A stretch of DNA of 58,886 nucleotides, filler included, from Catajapyx aquilonaris (GCA_000934665.2; 3 parts of 3 records of this genome joined end to end with filler, not necessarily neighbours in it), one strand, 5' to 3'; numbered from the whole stretch's first letter, positions 9,751 through 25,178 are shown. Notes: generated by a model not told the origin, from the sequence alone. Numbers and translations are program-made.

Positions 9751-12373
9751 TCAGCATTGCGAGGCAGGTCCTTGGTCCTTTGCCTCAAGCTTGCTGTTGG
9801 CACTTGCGAATCCGGTACCACCCTGAAAATTGAGCGTCAGATTAGTTACAGGCAAGACTAAATTGCTGGATCATATTACCCTCTGCAGTGAAATTATGTC
9901 CGATTCAGTCAGAGTTTCATCAGTCATCGGATGAAGCCAGTCCTTCTTTATGATGCGATCGACACATTCCTGTGTCACCACATCCCCACTTTTGCCAAGA
10001 AAAAAGTAGGTCTTAGAGACACCAGACTATTAGGTACACTATGAGTAAAAGTACTGCAAAACTCACGTGGTTTTGATGACGCAACATGGCACCGAGTTTC
10101 TCAGGATGTCGTGCGTTACAGGGCACATGTATCGGTCGGTCCTGGCAATCAGAGGCGTTGCATTGTCAGGATCATTAACTTCAGTGAACCTGACGTCAAT
10201 TAGTTCCTTGATCTTCAGAGGCTTTCCGCTTACAGGGCAATAGATGGCCTTGTCCTGCAAGCGTGAGTGTCAAAATTAGCTATGTCCAAGTCATAACGGG
10301 ACTGAAGTGGACGTGACTTTACAGGTTTCCTGAGTAGTGTCTGCTTGGCGTCAGGAGTCTGCGTTGGGATCCAAAAACTTGGTAGCTCCTTGTCCCTCCC
10401 TTCCGTCATGTTGGACATCGTGTTGGAGCTGCTTTGACCCTGTTCGGGCATCTCCTTGCTGGAGACAATTTCCTTCTCCCTCTGCTTGAAGGCTTCCAAC
10501 TTGGCTTTCTTGCAGCTGGCAGCCTCCTCGGACACATCCTTCTCCGCCTGACGTTTCTGCCGCTCGTATTCCTTCGACTTGCGGGTAAACTCTTCACGCT
10601 TTGCTACCACATACTCCAGAACAGCCTCCTTGTCGTACAAGACTCCATCTGGCCTACAATTTAAATAAAATGTTATTCACTCACCTATAGAAAGTCAAGT
10701 TTGGCTGAGGAAAAATACCAGATGGTCCAACATGAAACAGACTACAAATAAATTATGCGCACTTTGCTGTATCATGTCAAATTTAATTTCACGCAAAGAA
10801 ATTTTGTCAGACAGATATTAAATCCGATGGAACTTCATCCAAATTTTTTAGCCCCATAAAATTGGTTTTATTGCTCAACAATGCCGAACGGTGATGTATC
10901 ACTCATAATTATGTAAACACAGGCTAATTCATATAACTTTTTTTTTTTACCGATATTAAGAAATATTGGCAGTGTTTTATGCATTTATTGCTGCAAATTG
11001 TCAACTAAAGGATCCCTTCCAGGATTGATTTTGCAGTGTTCTGCAGTCTTATAGAAAGGCTCTGTCCATCCGTCCGTCCATCTGTGGACAGGTATCAGGG
11101 CCTAAACCGCCAGAGATAGCAACAAACGGTTTTCGGATTCGGATTCACTGGAACCATCCGGATTCACTCTATCCGCCAAGGTCAAGTCTACGCCTTATAA
11201 ATGAATTTTTTTGGGGTTGCCTTTTCTTATTGGACAGCGGGAAGTAAGGCTGACAACATTCTATGCGAATTGTTGACCAGTTAGAATCGCATCGTGTCAC
11301 ATCGTATCGGATTCAACAAAGTTGTCAGTAGCACTGTCCACTGCCCCATGAGAAAAAGTGTACTCGAATGACACTGGCGTGATTTTCCAATCTCGTTTCA
11401 TGCAATATTATGGGGAACAGTTTCCAATAAAAATTATTGCGGAACACTGCCGTCAGTTGTAAGAAGACCGCAACTCAAAAACTAGTACGGGCGAAAGTCG
11501 CATGCATGCCACGCACTAATCCACCCTGGCTCAGAGGGGATAAGTGCAGGGCGTGCATGCGACTTTCGCCATTACTAGTTTTTGAGTTACGGTCTTCTTA
11601 CAACTGATGGCAGAACACTGCAAAATCAATCCTGGAAGAGATCAGTTTGTGTCTGTGAATCGGATTCCCTTGCATTGCTCCTTTTTCAATGAGGTTGCGC
11701 CAAGTTGTACAATCATCAGTTATTGGCGTGCCATGAAAGCATCACAATATTAATCGATTACAATCACATTGTGAGTGTCGTAAAGCGTGTTACGCCCAGT
11801 ACAGTCCTGGACAAATTAGCCGTCGCTGAATGTTTTTTTTTAGGCGGAGGCGGCGGCGGCGTTACCTGGCAACCCCGTCCGGCGGGCCAATTCAAACGTC
11901 AGCCCATGAAGAGCGCTTCCATTGTTGCCACTGTTTACAAATCGAGTGAGTGAGTGCGCAGGCGCTGGGTCGTCTGCGTCACTCACTCGATTTGTAAACA
12001 GTGGCAACAATGGAAGCACTCTCCTTATGCCGATGTTTGAATTGGCCCGCCGGACGGGGTTGCCAGGTAACGCCGCCGCCGCAGCCGCCGGAAAAAACCA
12101 TTCAGCGACGGCTAATTTGTCCAGCACTCTACCGATCTGCGTGTAAAGTGTCCCTAATTGCGACAATCCCTTAATTGAATCCGGCAGGTAGTCTTACGTG
12201 ATGACAGGATTCCTGCAGGGTTGCAGCGTGAGGCTGCAGCAGTCAAAGTCCTTCACCGAGTCCTTTCCCATCCGCTGCGACCTGGATCCATACCCAGAGG
12301 CCTTTGCATCCTTCCTTTTCTCGTGGTAAGTGTACACCGCACCAGCAGTGCAGTTCTTGGCATGGCGAGTCAT
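9751..12373 (-). CDS. NOSIP: Nitric oxide synthase-interacting protein (split U-box/RING-type E3), 291 aa
   Basis: Begins MTRHAKNCTAGAVYTYHE...GKDSVKDFDCCSLTLQPC; contains LPSFWIP, CPVSGKPLK, RYMCPVTHDIL and LQRGGTGFAS. Exons 12373-12198, 10653-10323, 10254-10067, 9988-9880 and 9822-9751 are all GT-AG, total 876 nt. Confidence 0.95.
11011..11643. mobile_element. Nested intronic TE complex
   Basis: Outer ~34-bp inverted repeats GATCCCTTCCAGGATTGATTTTGCAGTGTTCTGC / GCAGAACACTGCAAAATCAATCCTGGAAGAGATC enclose a Helentron-like copy (11045-11397) and a palindrome (~11446-11613). Confidence 0.65.
11802..12129. mobile_element. GC-rich foldback MITE
   Basis: ~150-bp inverted arms (CTGGACAAATTAGCCGTCGCTGAATG ... 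CATTCAGCGACGGCTAATTTGTCCAG), which explains the mirror ORFs on both strands. Confidence 0.8.
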
Positions 12374-12948
12374 CCTCTGCTGTCAGGCTCTTGTCGTAGT
12401 AGTCCGCAATGCTCTGGAATAAATAGGACCTTGTATAAAGTAACGCCCCAATTTCTACCATCCAGACATGAATTTACCCCCGTGCGTGTGTCCCAGCCTT
12501 GTCTTCAGCTCCTCGTAAGCCCCTCGGAGGTCACCAGTTCGGTCACAAACTCAGCTCGTCCGAAATTATTACGAATCGAACAGAAAACGTTCGAAAGCGG
12601 CCATGTTTGAAGCGGGCCGAATGCAACACAGCGGCTTGAAACTTGGGAGTAGCGGCTACACGGACACACGCTGCGATCGCGTCTCCGGAAAACGCTATCG
12701 GCTCTTTTTCACACTAATCTCCTTATTCGCTCTCTGTCCACAAGTTTGTCCTTGTTGGATATGCTGAGCTCATCAGCGCTGCAACCTAAGGCTCCAATGA
12801 AATGGCATACACAAATGTACACGAATAAAAGTGTTTACTACCAGTGCAGAGGAATACAAAGCATCATAATCCCTGTCGTAATAAATAGCACCTGAGGCAT
12901 GTCATCATGTGGCCACAAACACATATATGCCACGCAATCCAATAAGCC

Positions 12949-13419
12949 TTAGTAAGACATTGGAGGCTGTCCATACAATGGAGGCCCAAATGGAGGCCCA
13001 CCCGATGGGCCATGACATGCCGGTGAGGGAGCACGGAACAAAAACACTGTTTGAAAATACAGGACAGGTACATAGTAATGGAGCCAAATAACGGTAGTAG
13101 TGTTGACCCTGAGAGGAATGGAGTGCAGACGATATCCTGCTATGCGGACAAATCTGTTCGCACTGTATCCTGCTGGATACCCCCATGCCGGATGGCCAGG
13201 ACTTCTTTGTCCATGCCTCTCCTGGTCGTATGCCATGCGTTTCTCCTTGTCGATCAGCACCTGGTAGGCTCCATAGATCTCCTTGAACTTCTCTTCAGCC
13301 CCCGGATCCTTGTTCTTATCTGGATGCCACCTGAGGGCCAGCTTGTGATAGGCTCTCCTAATGTCCGCATCGGTAGCGTTGGAAGCAACGTCCAGGATCC
13401 CATAGTAGTCCTTCGGCAT
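12949..13419 (-). CDS. Small J-domain (DnaJ/Hsp40) protein, ~156 aa
   Basis: MPKDYYGILDV...IRRAYHKLALRWHPDKNKDPGAEEKFKEIYGAYQVLIDKEKRMAYDQ with an intact HPD motif; short atypical Pro-rich C-terminus; 3' structure uncertain. Confidence 0.8.
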   Translation of the reverse strand: MPKDYYGILDVASNATDADIRRAYHKLALRWHPDKNKDPGAEEKFKEIYGAYQVLIDKEKRMAYDQERHGQRSPGHPAWGYPAGYSANRFVRIAGYRLHSIPLRVNTTTVIWLHYYVPVLYFQTVFLFRAPSPACHGPSGGPPFGPPLYGQPPMSY

Positions 13420-14642
13420 CACTCTTGATCCGAAACAATCAATGGTGCTGGTCCATACAAGACAATAATGTACATGCTGGTACATATAGAATTCTAGAAA
13501 TGTTACGTACATATATAAAAGGTAAAGTTTGTTTATTTGTTCATGGCATCAGGTCTCCATGGCTTGATTGCTGCTTAGAGTGATTATACATACATTTGCC
13601 ATGGAAACAGGCAGTGCGTGGCAGTGCGGCATCTCTTTCTAAAGAGTGTTAATGTTACCCTTACGCTTTTATCCCCATGTTATTGAGTGCATAGGACTTT
13701 ATAGTTAAAAATGTAATTCCGTGCTTGTGTGAATACCTCTCAGTTCCAAGGAAATTAGTATAGTTGCAGCTCGTCCTTCCCTTCACGTGTAACCCGACTT
13801 AATAATTGTCTCAGGGCTCAAGACTTTTCCTCCATCACCAAGCAGCACCAAGTGTCCCTAATCTGCTTCCTCCATCTTCACGCCTGCCTGCAACCACAAA
13901 GTGCACGATAAAAGTAAAAAGAATATTGCGAAGGGAAATTGTCAAAAAATTACCTGAGCTGGAAGGTCGCCATTTTGGATCGGGGCCGAATGCAACGCAG
14001 CTTCCGATGGAGTAGCAGCGACCTGGTTCGCTGTTATTCGGGAATAACGAATATCGATCCCCTTTTCACATCTAAATCATTATTAAAATGCCTGAGATTC
14101 CTGAAATGACACTTTATATGCGTAATTACATGCGTAAGTAGCATTGCAGGTAGGCCACATGCTGACCATTCCAAATGGGTTGGGCTAATCCAAATGCATG
14201 TATTGATGTCATGCATTAGAAAAATGAACTGTACTTCACATATTGTAATACATACAGTTATTTAATATAAAATTAGACAATTAACATTGGAATATGATCA
14301 CAACCTACATTTTATTGTCACATAAAAAATATTACAACATTGGGCTGGGAAAGAATTTTGCAATTTTAAAATGTGCGGGGGGTCTCGGGGAAAATGCAAA
14401 GTGAACAATAATACATGTATTACTAACACTGAACTAGCCGGAGGTTATCTCTAATTTGCTGCGACCACTGTTTCCACACGGAACCCATCTGTCAGCAGCC
14501 TCGTCATTTACACTCTTTTTCAATCCACAATTGCACAGCAGTTAATGGAGTAGTCATTCGTCTGCTTAACGATTCAACTGCTGGAGCATCCCAGGTGTCT
14601 TTGGTAGGACACAACACAACTGTGCAGATCATACATCATGGT

Positions 14643-14992
14643 CAGGGAGCATATACTGCATAAGAGGCGCAAACATTCGATTTCCGCGTCTCTCTGTATG
14701 AGGCGTTGCCGAGGCTGGCGTCCATTTTGAAGTGTGGCCAACTCCAACGAAGTATAAATAGGGTACAGGCAAAAATAGGGTCCGCCATCTTTGATTCGCA
14801 CGTGTTCTTGCCCTGTAGTTGCCATGGTGGCCAAAACCATCAAAGATGGCGGACCCTATTTTTGCATGTACCCTATTTATACCTCGTTGGAGTTGCCCAC
14901 ACTTCAAAATGGACGCCAGTCTTGGCAACGGCACCAAACAGAGAGACGCGGAAATCGAATGTTTGCACCTCGTATGTAGTATATGCTCCCTG
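14643..14992. mobile_element. Foldback MITE (~350 bp)
   Basis: Long imperfect inverted arms CAGGGAGCATATACT...AGTATATGCTCCCTG; mirror ORFs on both strands. Confidence 0.8.
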
Positions 14993-15740
14993 CCGTGGTC
15001 ACTTAATTACTCACTATTTGTTCATATACATATTTTCATTTTCCCAGATTTTACAACAAACTCCCCTCATCCTGCCAAACTTCACGCTCGCTGTAGGTGT
15101 CCACTATACTACTTTCTTTACATCTAAACTGCTATACATAAACTTGTACTGTATACATGCCCAACTTGTCTGTCTACATTACAACTAGTTTGAATATTAG
15201 GCACTCAGCCAGAATAAGGTTCAGTTTGGTTACAGATACCAGCTGAATACCACCAAGTTATTTTCGTGATACAGCATTTGATATAGACTTAAAAGTTAAT
15301 TTAAATACATAATTTCAAGGTTGGATATATCTGCCCTTGGTCAATCGTCGTCTCTCCAGGAGCTGCTGCAGTCTGAGGAGAGCCCATTTACAAGGTCTGT
15401 GCTCCCACAGCCAGACGGAGAAGCACATACAGTACTTATATGCCATTTGCTAAGAACCCATTTTGTAGATTAAAAGATCGTACTAGATAGTACACTGGAT
15501 TTGTTCACCTAAAAGGCCAAAACCATAGGGAAGAACTTCGGCCACATGTCGCCAGCATTCCTCCTGTTTGGGATCCCATTACATCTGTCTTTCCCTGGAC
15601 ATTACCACCACCTTTTTTTCCCAATAAATCCCCCACCAATGGTGCCACTAAGGCCCTTCATAATAATTGAAACAGTCGCAGCTGACAGGCAACTTGACCA
15701 ATTCAGCACATCTCTGAATGAGGTATTAAACACCGCAAAA

Positions 15741-18700
15741 TCACTTCTTTTTGGTGTGAACCCCCATATGCCTCTTCAAATGCTCTGACCTACGGAACTT
15801 TTTCTTGCATAACTTGCAACTGAAGGGCTTGTCCTCTGTGTGAATTTGCATGTGCTTATTCAAATTTCCTGACTGACTAAATTCTCTCTTGCAAATCTGG
15901 CAACGAAATGGCTTCTTCCCTGTGTGAATTCTCATGTGGATAGTCAAATTTCTTGACTGACTAAAATTTTTCTCGCAAACCTGGCATTTGAATGGCTTCT
16001 CGTCTGTGTCAAGGTGAACCAACATGTGCTCATCCAAATGTTCTGACCGTCTAAACTTTCTCTTGCAAACCTCGCAACGGAATGGTTTCTCCCCTGTATG
16101 GGTTCTCATGTGTACCTGCAAAGTAACCGACTGACAAAAGGTTCTCTCGCATAGCTCGCAGCTGAATGGCTTCTCCTCCATGTGAGTCCTTTTGTGCACC
16201 TTCAAATTTTCTGGCAGACTAAAAGTTTTCTTGCAAACTTCACATGCGAATGGCTTCTCCCCATTGTGGGTTCTCATATGCCTCTTCAAATGCCCCGGCC
16301 AGTTAAATTTCTTCTTGCAAATATGACACTGCTTGTCTTTCTGGATCGCATTCTTCACCTTCTCTTGATCACCTTGTACCTGAAATGGTTATGACCTCAT
16401 GAAATTCATAGTTAAAATTGATACATAATGCAAGTGTACATGTAGAGAGAATTTGGAGGACTGGGTATGCTTGCCACGCAACTTTATTACCAGGGCATTC
16501 CATCGGTCTTCACCAATGTAATTTGGAATGCATGCAGGACTGGCATGGTCTGTGACAACTATATTATTTCATCTCCACTGGCAAGGTTCCAAAAATGTAC
16601 ACCGTACAAAGACACAATCAAGGTCCGTGCTACATACCGTGAGATCAACCACTACCCGGATTATTATAATAATATTATTATTATTTCACCTACTACTTAT
16701 AAGTTGTCAGATTACTGGGAAAGGTAATTTCACCCATTTTCTGGTGCATGCCGTAAGTAAAAGCTAAAAATGACTCGTAATTTATTATTACGCTTTGGTT
16801 TGTTGCAATATCTCAGATAATAATATTAATATTTTTGCACAGTTTCTCATGAACATGTCTGCTTCGAAGATGTTTCAAAGCTAAAAGTCTTAAAATTTTC
16901 AAATTTTGCAGTAGCCTTAACTTTCTCACAACCCTTGAGAAGTTCCTCAGAACGTCGAATTTGCACACCAAAGAGGCAAATTGGTCAGACATACCGTTAG
17001 GTGTCAGGAGCTTTATAGTACATTGAAAATAATTGAGGCGCTCAGAGGAAAAACGGCATATCCCAGTTCATTCTGAGATAAACGGCTTCTTGTGTTGCAA
17101 GAGAACAGAATTTTCCATTGCAGACCAATGTTACAAGTGTGATTATGTGAGATTTGGCATATCCCAATTCATTTGGGACTTCAGCACATGAAAGGTAGAT
17201 GGCAGGAGAGTACAACAGCACTACAATCTCAAAATCGGAGGTCGGTTGGGATATGACGGTTTTTCCTCTGAGCGTCTCAATTGGCTCAGGTATCTAATCA
17301 TCAAGAATTGAAGAAGGGTGCGGTGCAAGATGGTGTAAGTCAATTTTTGATCGGCATTCAAATGAATGGGTAGACCAGATTGATAAAAAATTGCCGGATC
17401 ATTTGGTACAAGAACGGGAATCAACGCCCTGTGCAGGGGCGACACCCTTCTGCCCTTCACAGGTAATGACAAACTGTGGCTAATTATTTGCAATTAGCCT
17501 ACTACACAATGGCCCACAAGACCAGTTTTTAAGGCATATCAAGTGTATATGTATGGAATTCAAATTTTATACAGAAACATCCTAAAAATAATACAGATGT
17601 GGATATCCCGACCACACTACCACCAATAGGCTACAACATTATAGCTCACCACAAGCAAATATAAAAAAACAATAAATAAATAAGGAAGTGTTCAAAAATG
17701 GCTTAGTGAAACAGACATTCCAATAGTTATCACTTGAATTGGCACCAGATTTGTACAAAATCATTTGCATTTAAAAAAATGGCATGTTTCATAAGAAGGC
17801 CTCATTGAAGAACTAGGTAACAATAAATCATGGTGTCAGTTAAAGAGAAATGACTTAACTGAAATACGAGTTGCAGTCAAGAATTACTTGCACGTAATTT
17901 TTTTTAGCCATTGGGCATGACATTGACATATTTGCATTTAAAGGAACATGAAATACAGTCCACGTGGGATTTTTTGACAGATGTTTCTTCGCTGACCGGG
18001 TGCCTGTTTCTCAGCCCTGCAAACATGGGACCTTACCAATACTTCAGCAAAGCTGATCAGCGTGATGTGGTGCGATTTCTTTTTCTGAAAGGGAAAAGTG
18101 CTCCTGTGATCCTCAAAGACAAGCAGTCCATATGTGGGAACTCCGTCATGCCCTTATGGACAATCCAGTGGTAGGTGAAGGAGTTCAAGGAAGGGCGTAC
18201 AAGTGTGACGCATGCCTCAGGAGCTGGCCGTCCGTCAACTGCCACAAACAACACCACTGTCAGCCGCATGGAGGAGATTGTCATGGGCAACAGGCACATG
18301 ACTGTGGATGCTGTAGCTGATGTCATGAACATTTCGCATAACATTATGCATGTTCATCTGAAGATGTCCAAGTGGTCCAAGTCATCCAGGTGGGTGCCGA
18401 AGAACCAGGTGAGGGATGTGCTGAAGGACCACAACATAGAGCTCTTGCCACACACCCCCTAGTCTCCGGTTGGCTCCAAGCGATTTTTGGCTGTTTCCTA
18501 TCTTGAAAGACGAGCTCAGAGGTCGCAAGCTCCCTTCTCACACAGCCCTCGGGAGTGCCATTTTCCAGCATGGGAAAAGATGATTTTTTGGGGACATACC
18601 GAAAATGGGTACACTGTTGGAAAAAATGTGTAGCAAGACTGGGTGACTATGTGGAGAAGTAGGCGAAAGCAAAAGACTGTACATCGCTCTTATGTCAGTA

Positions 18701-18932
18701 AAAACAAGTAATAGCAACAAGCAAGTAATTCTTGACTGCACCTCGTATAATGTCAAACCTGTCAAATATAATATGCCCATGACATTCGACCCACTGATTT
18801 ACGCATTACCTGACGGGCAGGATTGATGTGTATCTTCAGCATGTGACTCTCCAGGTCCTTCTTCGTGGCAAATGCACTGCCGCAATGGGCACAGTTAGGA
18901 AGCTCATCCAGTGGGATGAATGGTTCCAGTGT
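15741..18932 (-). CDS. C2H2 zinc-finger protein (5' end not located)
   Basis: Terminal exon 16379-15741 has seven C-x2-C...H-x3-H fingers and TGEKPF-type linkers. Upstream phase-0 exon 18932-18810 has one finger (CAHCGSAFATKKDLESHMLKIH). Confidence 0.85.
17867..18745 (+). mobile_element. Internally deleted, decayed mariner transposon in the zinc-finger intron
   Basis: TA-flanked TIRs CGAGTTGCAGTCAAGAATTACTTG / CAAGTAATTCTTGACTGCACCTCG. Transposase remnants QRDVVRFLFLKG, FKEGRTSV...GRPST and WVPK, the last joined directly to LLPHTP*SP (HPPYSPDL motif). Most of the catalytic domain is deleted. Confidence 0.9.
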
Positions 18933-19550
18933 CTGCAATGAGAACATTACAAGTTGACATACCAGTACTAGAATTCAAAATGAACAAGCAATCCAGACGC
19001 AAACTCCAGGCTGACGTGCATCACAAGCCGTTATTCCCTGCATCTACTGTTATCCAACCTATAGCCCGTTAAACCAGAGAACAATGTGATGTCACATCAG
19101 CCGCGTTTTCTGAGCATGTGCAGTAGTATGCTTGCAGAGCGACTCGGGGACATGACAGGAGGAAAGAGCCGGGTGGAGGCAGGCTGAAAGTGATGTCATG
19201 TCGGTCTTGGGTTTAACCGACTGTATTCTGAATGTAGGTCAACCAGCAGGCGACATATGGCCCTTGACATTCGTCAATCATGAGAATTATGGCGCATGAT
19301 GCGGGATGAACAGGGAGGGCTGGGCTGTGAGAATTCTTTACCAAACTTAATGGTTATTCAGGTAACACATCCCTTCCAAGAGTTAGGACTCCAGTCTATA
19401 GATGCATGCATTACATAAAATTTCATTTTATCTATATTTTGGGGAGTGCGGTTGATCGATTATTAACTATGGAAATCCAGGGGTATGCACATGCAGCACA
19501 TTAAACTAACCTACCAAGGGTGATTTTTTAGAGGGATTTAATGCCACATC

Positions 19551-19650
19551 NNNNNNNNNNNNNNNNNNNNNNNNNNNNNNNNNNNNNNNNNNNNTTAATT
19601 AATTAANNNNNNNNNNNNNNNNNNNNNNNNNNNNNNNNNNNNNNNNNNNN
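19551..19650. other. Scaffold gap with TTAATTAATTAA spacer
   Basis: N-run, TTAATTAATTAA, N-run; 100 nt; same as the second gap. Confidence 0.95.
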
Positions 19651-19699
19651 GGAGATCGTTTCCGTTTTCTATGCGAAATTACTTCCGCATGTTTTTTCT

Positions 19700-20036
19700 T
19701 TCTCTCCGGTGTGAGGGACAGGGAAGGGATAAAGAGGGAGGGACAGTGGTGCAGTGCATTGTCTTGTGGTGCGAGCCGTGTGCAGTCCCTCAGGGGGCCA
19801 AGCTTGAGACACTCCCCTAGGCTTGGGCCAGGAATCCCCCACCAACACCGCACCTCCTCCAGGTCAGGGAAAGGAAGGAAGCGGCTGTGGCCTATTTTAC
19901 GGTACGATCCCGGAATTTTCCTGGGGTGACCTTGGAAAACCACTGAAAACCAAGGTCAGGATCGCTGGCTTCCAGGACGCGAACCCAGGACATCCTGATT
20001 AGCAGTCGAACACCATATCCACTCCACCACGACTGC
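19700..20036 (-). mobile_element. tRNA-derived SINE, family 2
   Basis: Minus-strand A box TGGTGGAGTGG and B box GGTTCGCGTCC, then body GGTTTTCAGTGGTTTTCC...GGCCACAGCCGCTTCCTTCC; 3' boundary approximate. Confidence 0.65.
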
Positions 20037-21112
20037 TTTGGTGGCAGATAATGTCATTTAAGTTCATCTGGTTTATATCTGGTTGGTATATGCAAGATTT
20101 TGTCGTCCAAAATTCTGGTTTTATTTTTACATGTGAGAAAATAAAAGTCACACACTAACCACGTTACATAGTAGGAAAACGCTATAGTTTCACCAGTAGA
20201 ATTTTTTAAAGCCAGTGTATCAGCATATGATATGCACATCTAAATGGTGTTAATAAAATATAACATGATTATAACATTTTGGCATAACCAACCCTACCCA
20301 ACCAGTGCATCTGCACTACTTTGAAAGTTGGCGAGGAAGCATCGCAGATGCTGGCCGCTGCGCTAGGCGTCCCTGTGGCCAAGCAGGAAAGCCTGAGTCA
20401 AAGACATGCTGCCCTTAGAAAAAATTACCTTGTTTTAAAAGTTGGTAAACAAGATGTTGTCAGGTCAGAGTCTGAGACATGTTGCCTTCTGTTGTGAGAA
20501 AAAATAACAATGCCTACATTTCATCCGGAAGCATGTGGTGATGATCTAAAAATGGAACAGTCACATTGCCGACATATCGGCGTGCCCTCTTTCTCGCACA
20601 TCTACCCTCCGCCGACATGTCGGCTTGCCGGTCTCTGAGGGTTAAGGGTAAAGTACTGGTGCAGGAATGTTGAAGTGCACAACAGCTGTGAGTAGGTACT
20701 ATCAGCACGGAAATGGTTTGGACACTTGTCAATGTTCAGCTTACCCGCTAATGTCCATACCATTTCTGCGCCAATAGTACATAGAGCCAAAGTTCACAGG
20801 TTGATATTTGCAGCCATTTAGTTTTAAAGTGAAAAGCCCAGTATCCACGCAAGAGTTTTCTCTTGTCAGAGAAGCCAACTGCGCATGCCCGGATCAGAGG
20901 AAAAGTAAAGTTTTCATCTTTAATCTTTCTTCCGAGGGACCAGAGGGGGCCTGAGGCGAAATAGAGTCCGTCTCGATGTACAAGATTTCTCGGGCGAGAG
21001 GATTCTGTCAAGAGAATCTCTTGCATGGATCCCGGGCTTAAAAAAGGGATTGTTTTATGAAGGTGTAATGTTGGAAGAAAGTACTGTATGGTAATCACTT
21101 GCCTCTTTACAG

Positions 21113-23354
<2,242 letters not shown>

Positions 23355-23943
23355 GTGTCCCAGGTCCATGCAATACCTCATCCGTCATATTTGTCATTAA
23401 TATTTGCAAGCTCCTCTCAATTGCCTGAGAAAAAGACGCAAAAGTGTGGCCTATATTTTTATGCAACAATGAACATATTGTACACACAAATTGTCATCAC
23501 ATCATGTTTGCTGAATCATTAAGATTGTAAATAACGAGGCGAGTGGAAAGTGTTGAAAAATGCAAGAGGGGGTCATACTTACAGCATCTTCCTGCACCTA
23601 TTTAATTCTTAGATTATGTGATTTTTTGTTAAACACCCACCATGTTGGATCATAATTTACAGAAGATTCTGTGATTGATATTGTTAATGTTATCACTTGG
23701 CATGGGTTTTTTTTAAGGGGCCTCTTTTAGAAGGAATCTATGCACTGGGTAAGAAAACTGTTCTGATGCGCCGTTCTTGTAAAGGGTGTATCACAGATCG
23801 TGTGAGCAATATACATATAACTGTACTTGTTACTTTTAGCAAGTGAACTTAATGCTGATTGTATCCTCAATCTAACAAGTGAACCTCACCAAATGACTTC
23901 AGCTTAATTCAAGACATTTCCATTGTGGAGGATGTTGTGGATA

Positions 23944-24493
23944 CAGTAAAACTTCTATATGTCGAATCTCCATGGGACCGCGAAAAAACTAGAGAAGTTT
24001 TGATTTTTTTAAAGCACATAACTCTATAAGGAAGCCTACCTTTATATCTAGCGACGAAAGGTGTTCAAAACTTAAAAATAACTGTCACTATCACACTTGC
24101 AATGTTCCTCGTTGTTTTGTTGTAAAAAAAAATCTCTGTTATGGACTTTTGCCTACTCTTAGATTTAAAGATTCAATTGTCACAATCGAGTCAAACACTT
24201 CTTTCGGTACGTCTGGTAGACGGGGATCAGGACATTAGCCTTTCTGTACATGTGGCCTACTCTCGACCCTTCAGCTGGGAAATGAGAAAATTTTCCGTAT
24301 TTGCCAACATGAACTTCGACTTAGAGAGACTGAAAATGCATTGATATCCCATCATAAGGCCCTGCCAGCACTTCGAGTTATAGAAATTCGAGTTAGGGAA
24401 GTTTTTTTACATTGTGCCCAACCAAGCTCATCATTTTCTTTGACTTATAGAGAACTTCGACTTAGGGAAGTTCGACTTATAGAAGTTTTACTG
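23944..24493 (+). mobile_element. Tigger/pogo-like MITE, copy 1
   Basis: TA-CAGTAAAACTTCTATATGTCGAA ... TTCGACTTATAGAAGTTTTACTG-TA; second copy at 36653-37250. Confidence 0.85.
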
Positions 24494-25111
24494 TATTTTC
24501 TTTGTTTACAATTATTGCAATTAGTAAGTTCCATTTGGGTGATATATTTTCAACAAATATATATATATTTTTTAAGTCTAGGCAACCACATGATGGAGCA
24601 TATTATCTGTAGATACAACTCCTCACAAACACTACAGTATTCTGATCAAAGTGTTAAAAAAACTGGTGTCGAATTTTGTAAATACATGATAAGCCCATTT
24701 GCCGCCATCCTTATGTTTTCGCATCTTGGATGCACAATATGTGCTTGGCTGCTGAAAAATGGACTGTAAGAGTTGGAACAAGTGAGTGTCACTTAAATGC
24801 AGGTCTGGACCACTCTCTCTGGAATGCTTCAGAAATGATCAGTAACATGTGGGCATTATTACTCGCAAGTCTTGAATATTTACAGCAGACATAATTATAT
24901 TGGAGCACTCACACTATGGTGCAGAGTGGAGAGGAACCAAAGCAACTCTGGCTATCAGGTTATCACATCAGCCAATGTGAATGAGCCCAGCTATCTCTTA
25001 CCCAATCCCAAGCTTCCAGTATGGTGCAGACCTTTCACGGAGTGACTGTCACTTGTTTCATTCCCTACAGATGATTTTTGGCAGCTGAGAGCCCATAGAG
25101 TGATGAGGAGG

Positions 25112-25115
<4 letters not shown>

Positions 25116-25178
<63 letters not shown>

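Noticed and set aside
19595..19606. TTAATTAATTAA inside N runs (also 39232-39243)
   Set aside because: Artificial scaffolding spacer with stops in all frames
24141..24769. ORFs similar to 36877-37239, suggesting a duplicated gene
   Set aside because: The similarity comes from two copies of the same MITE
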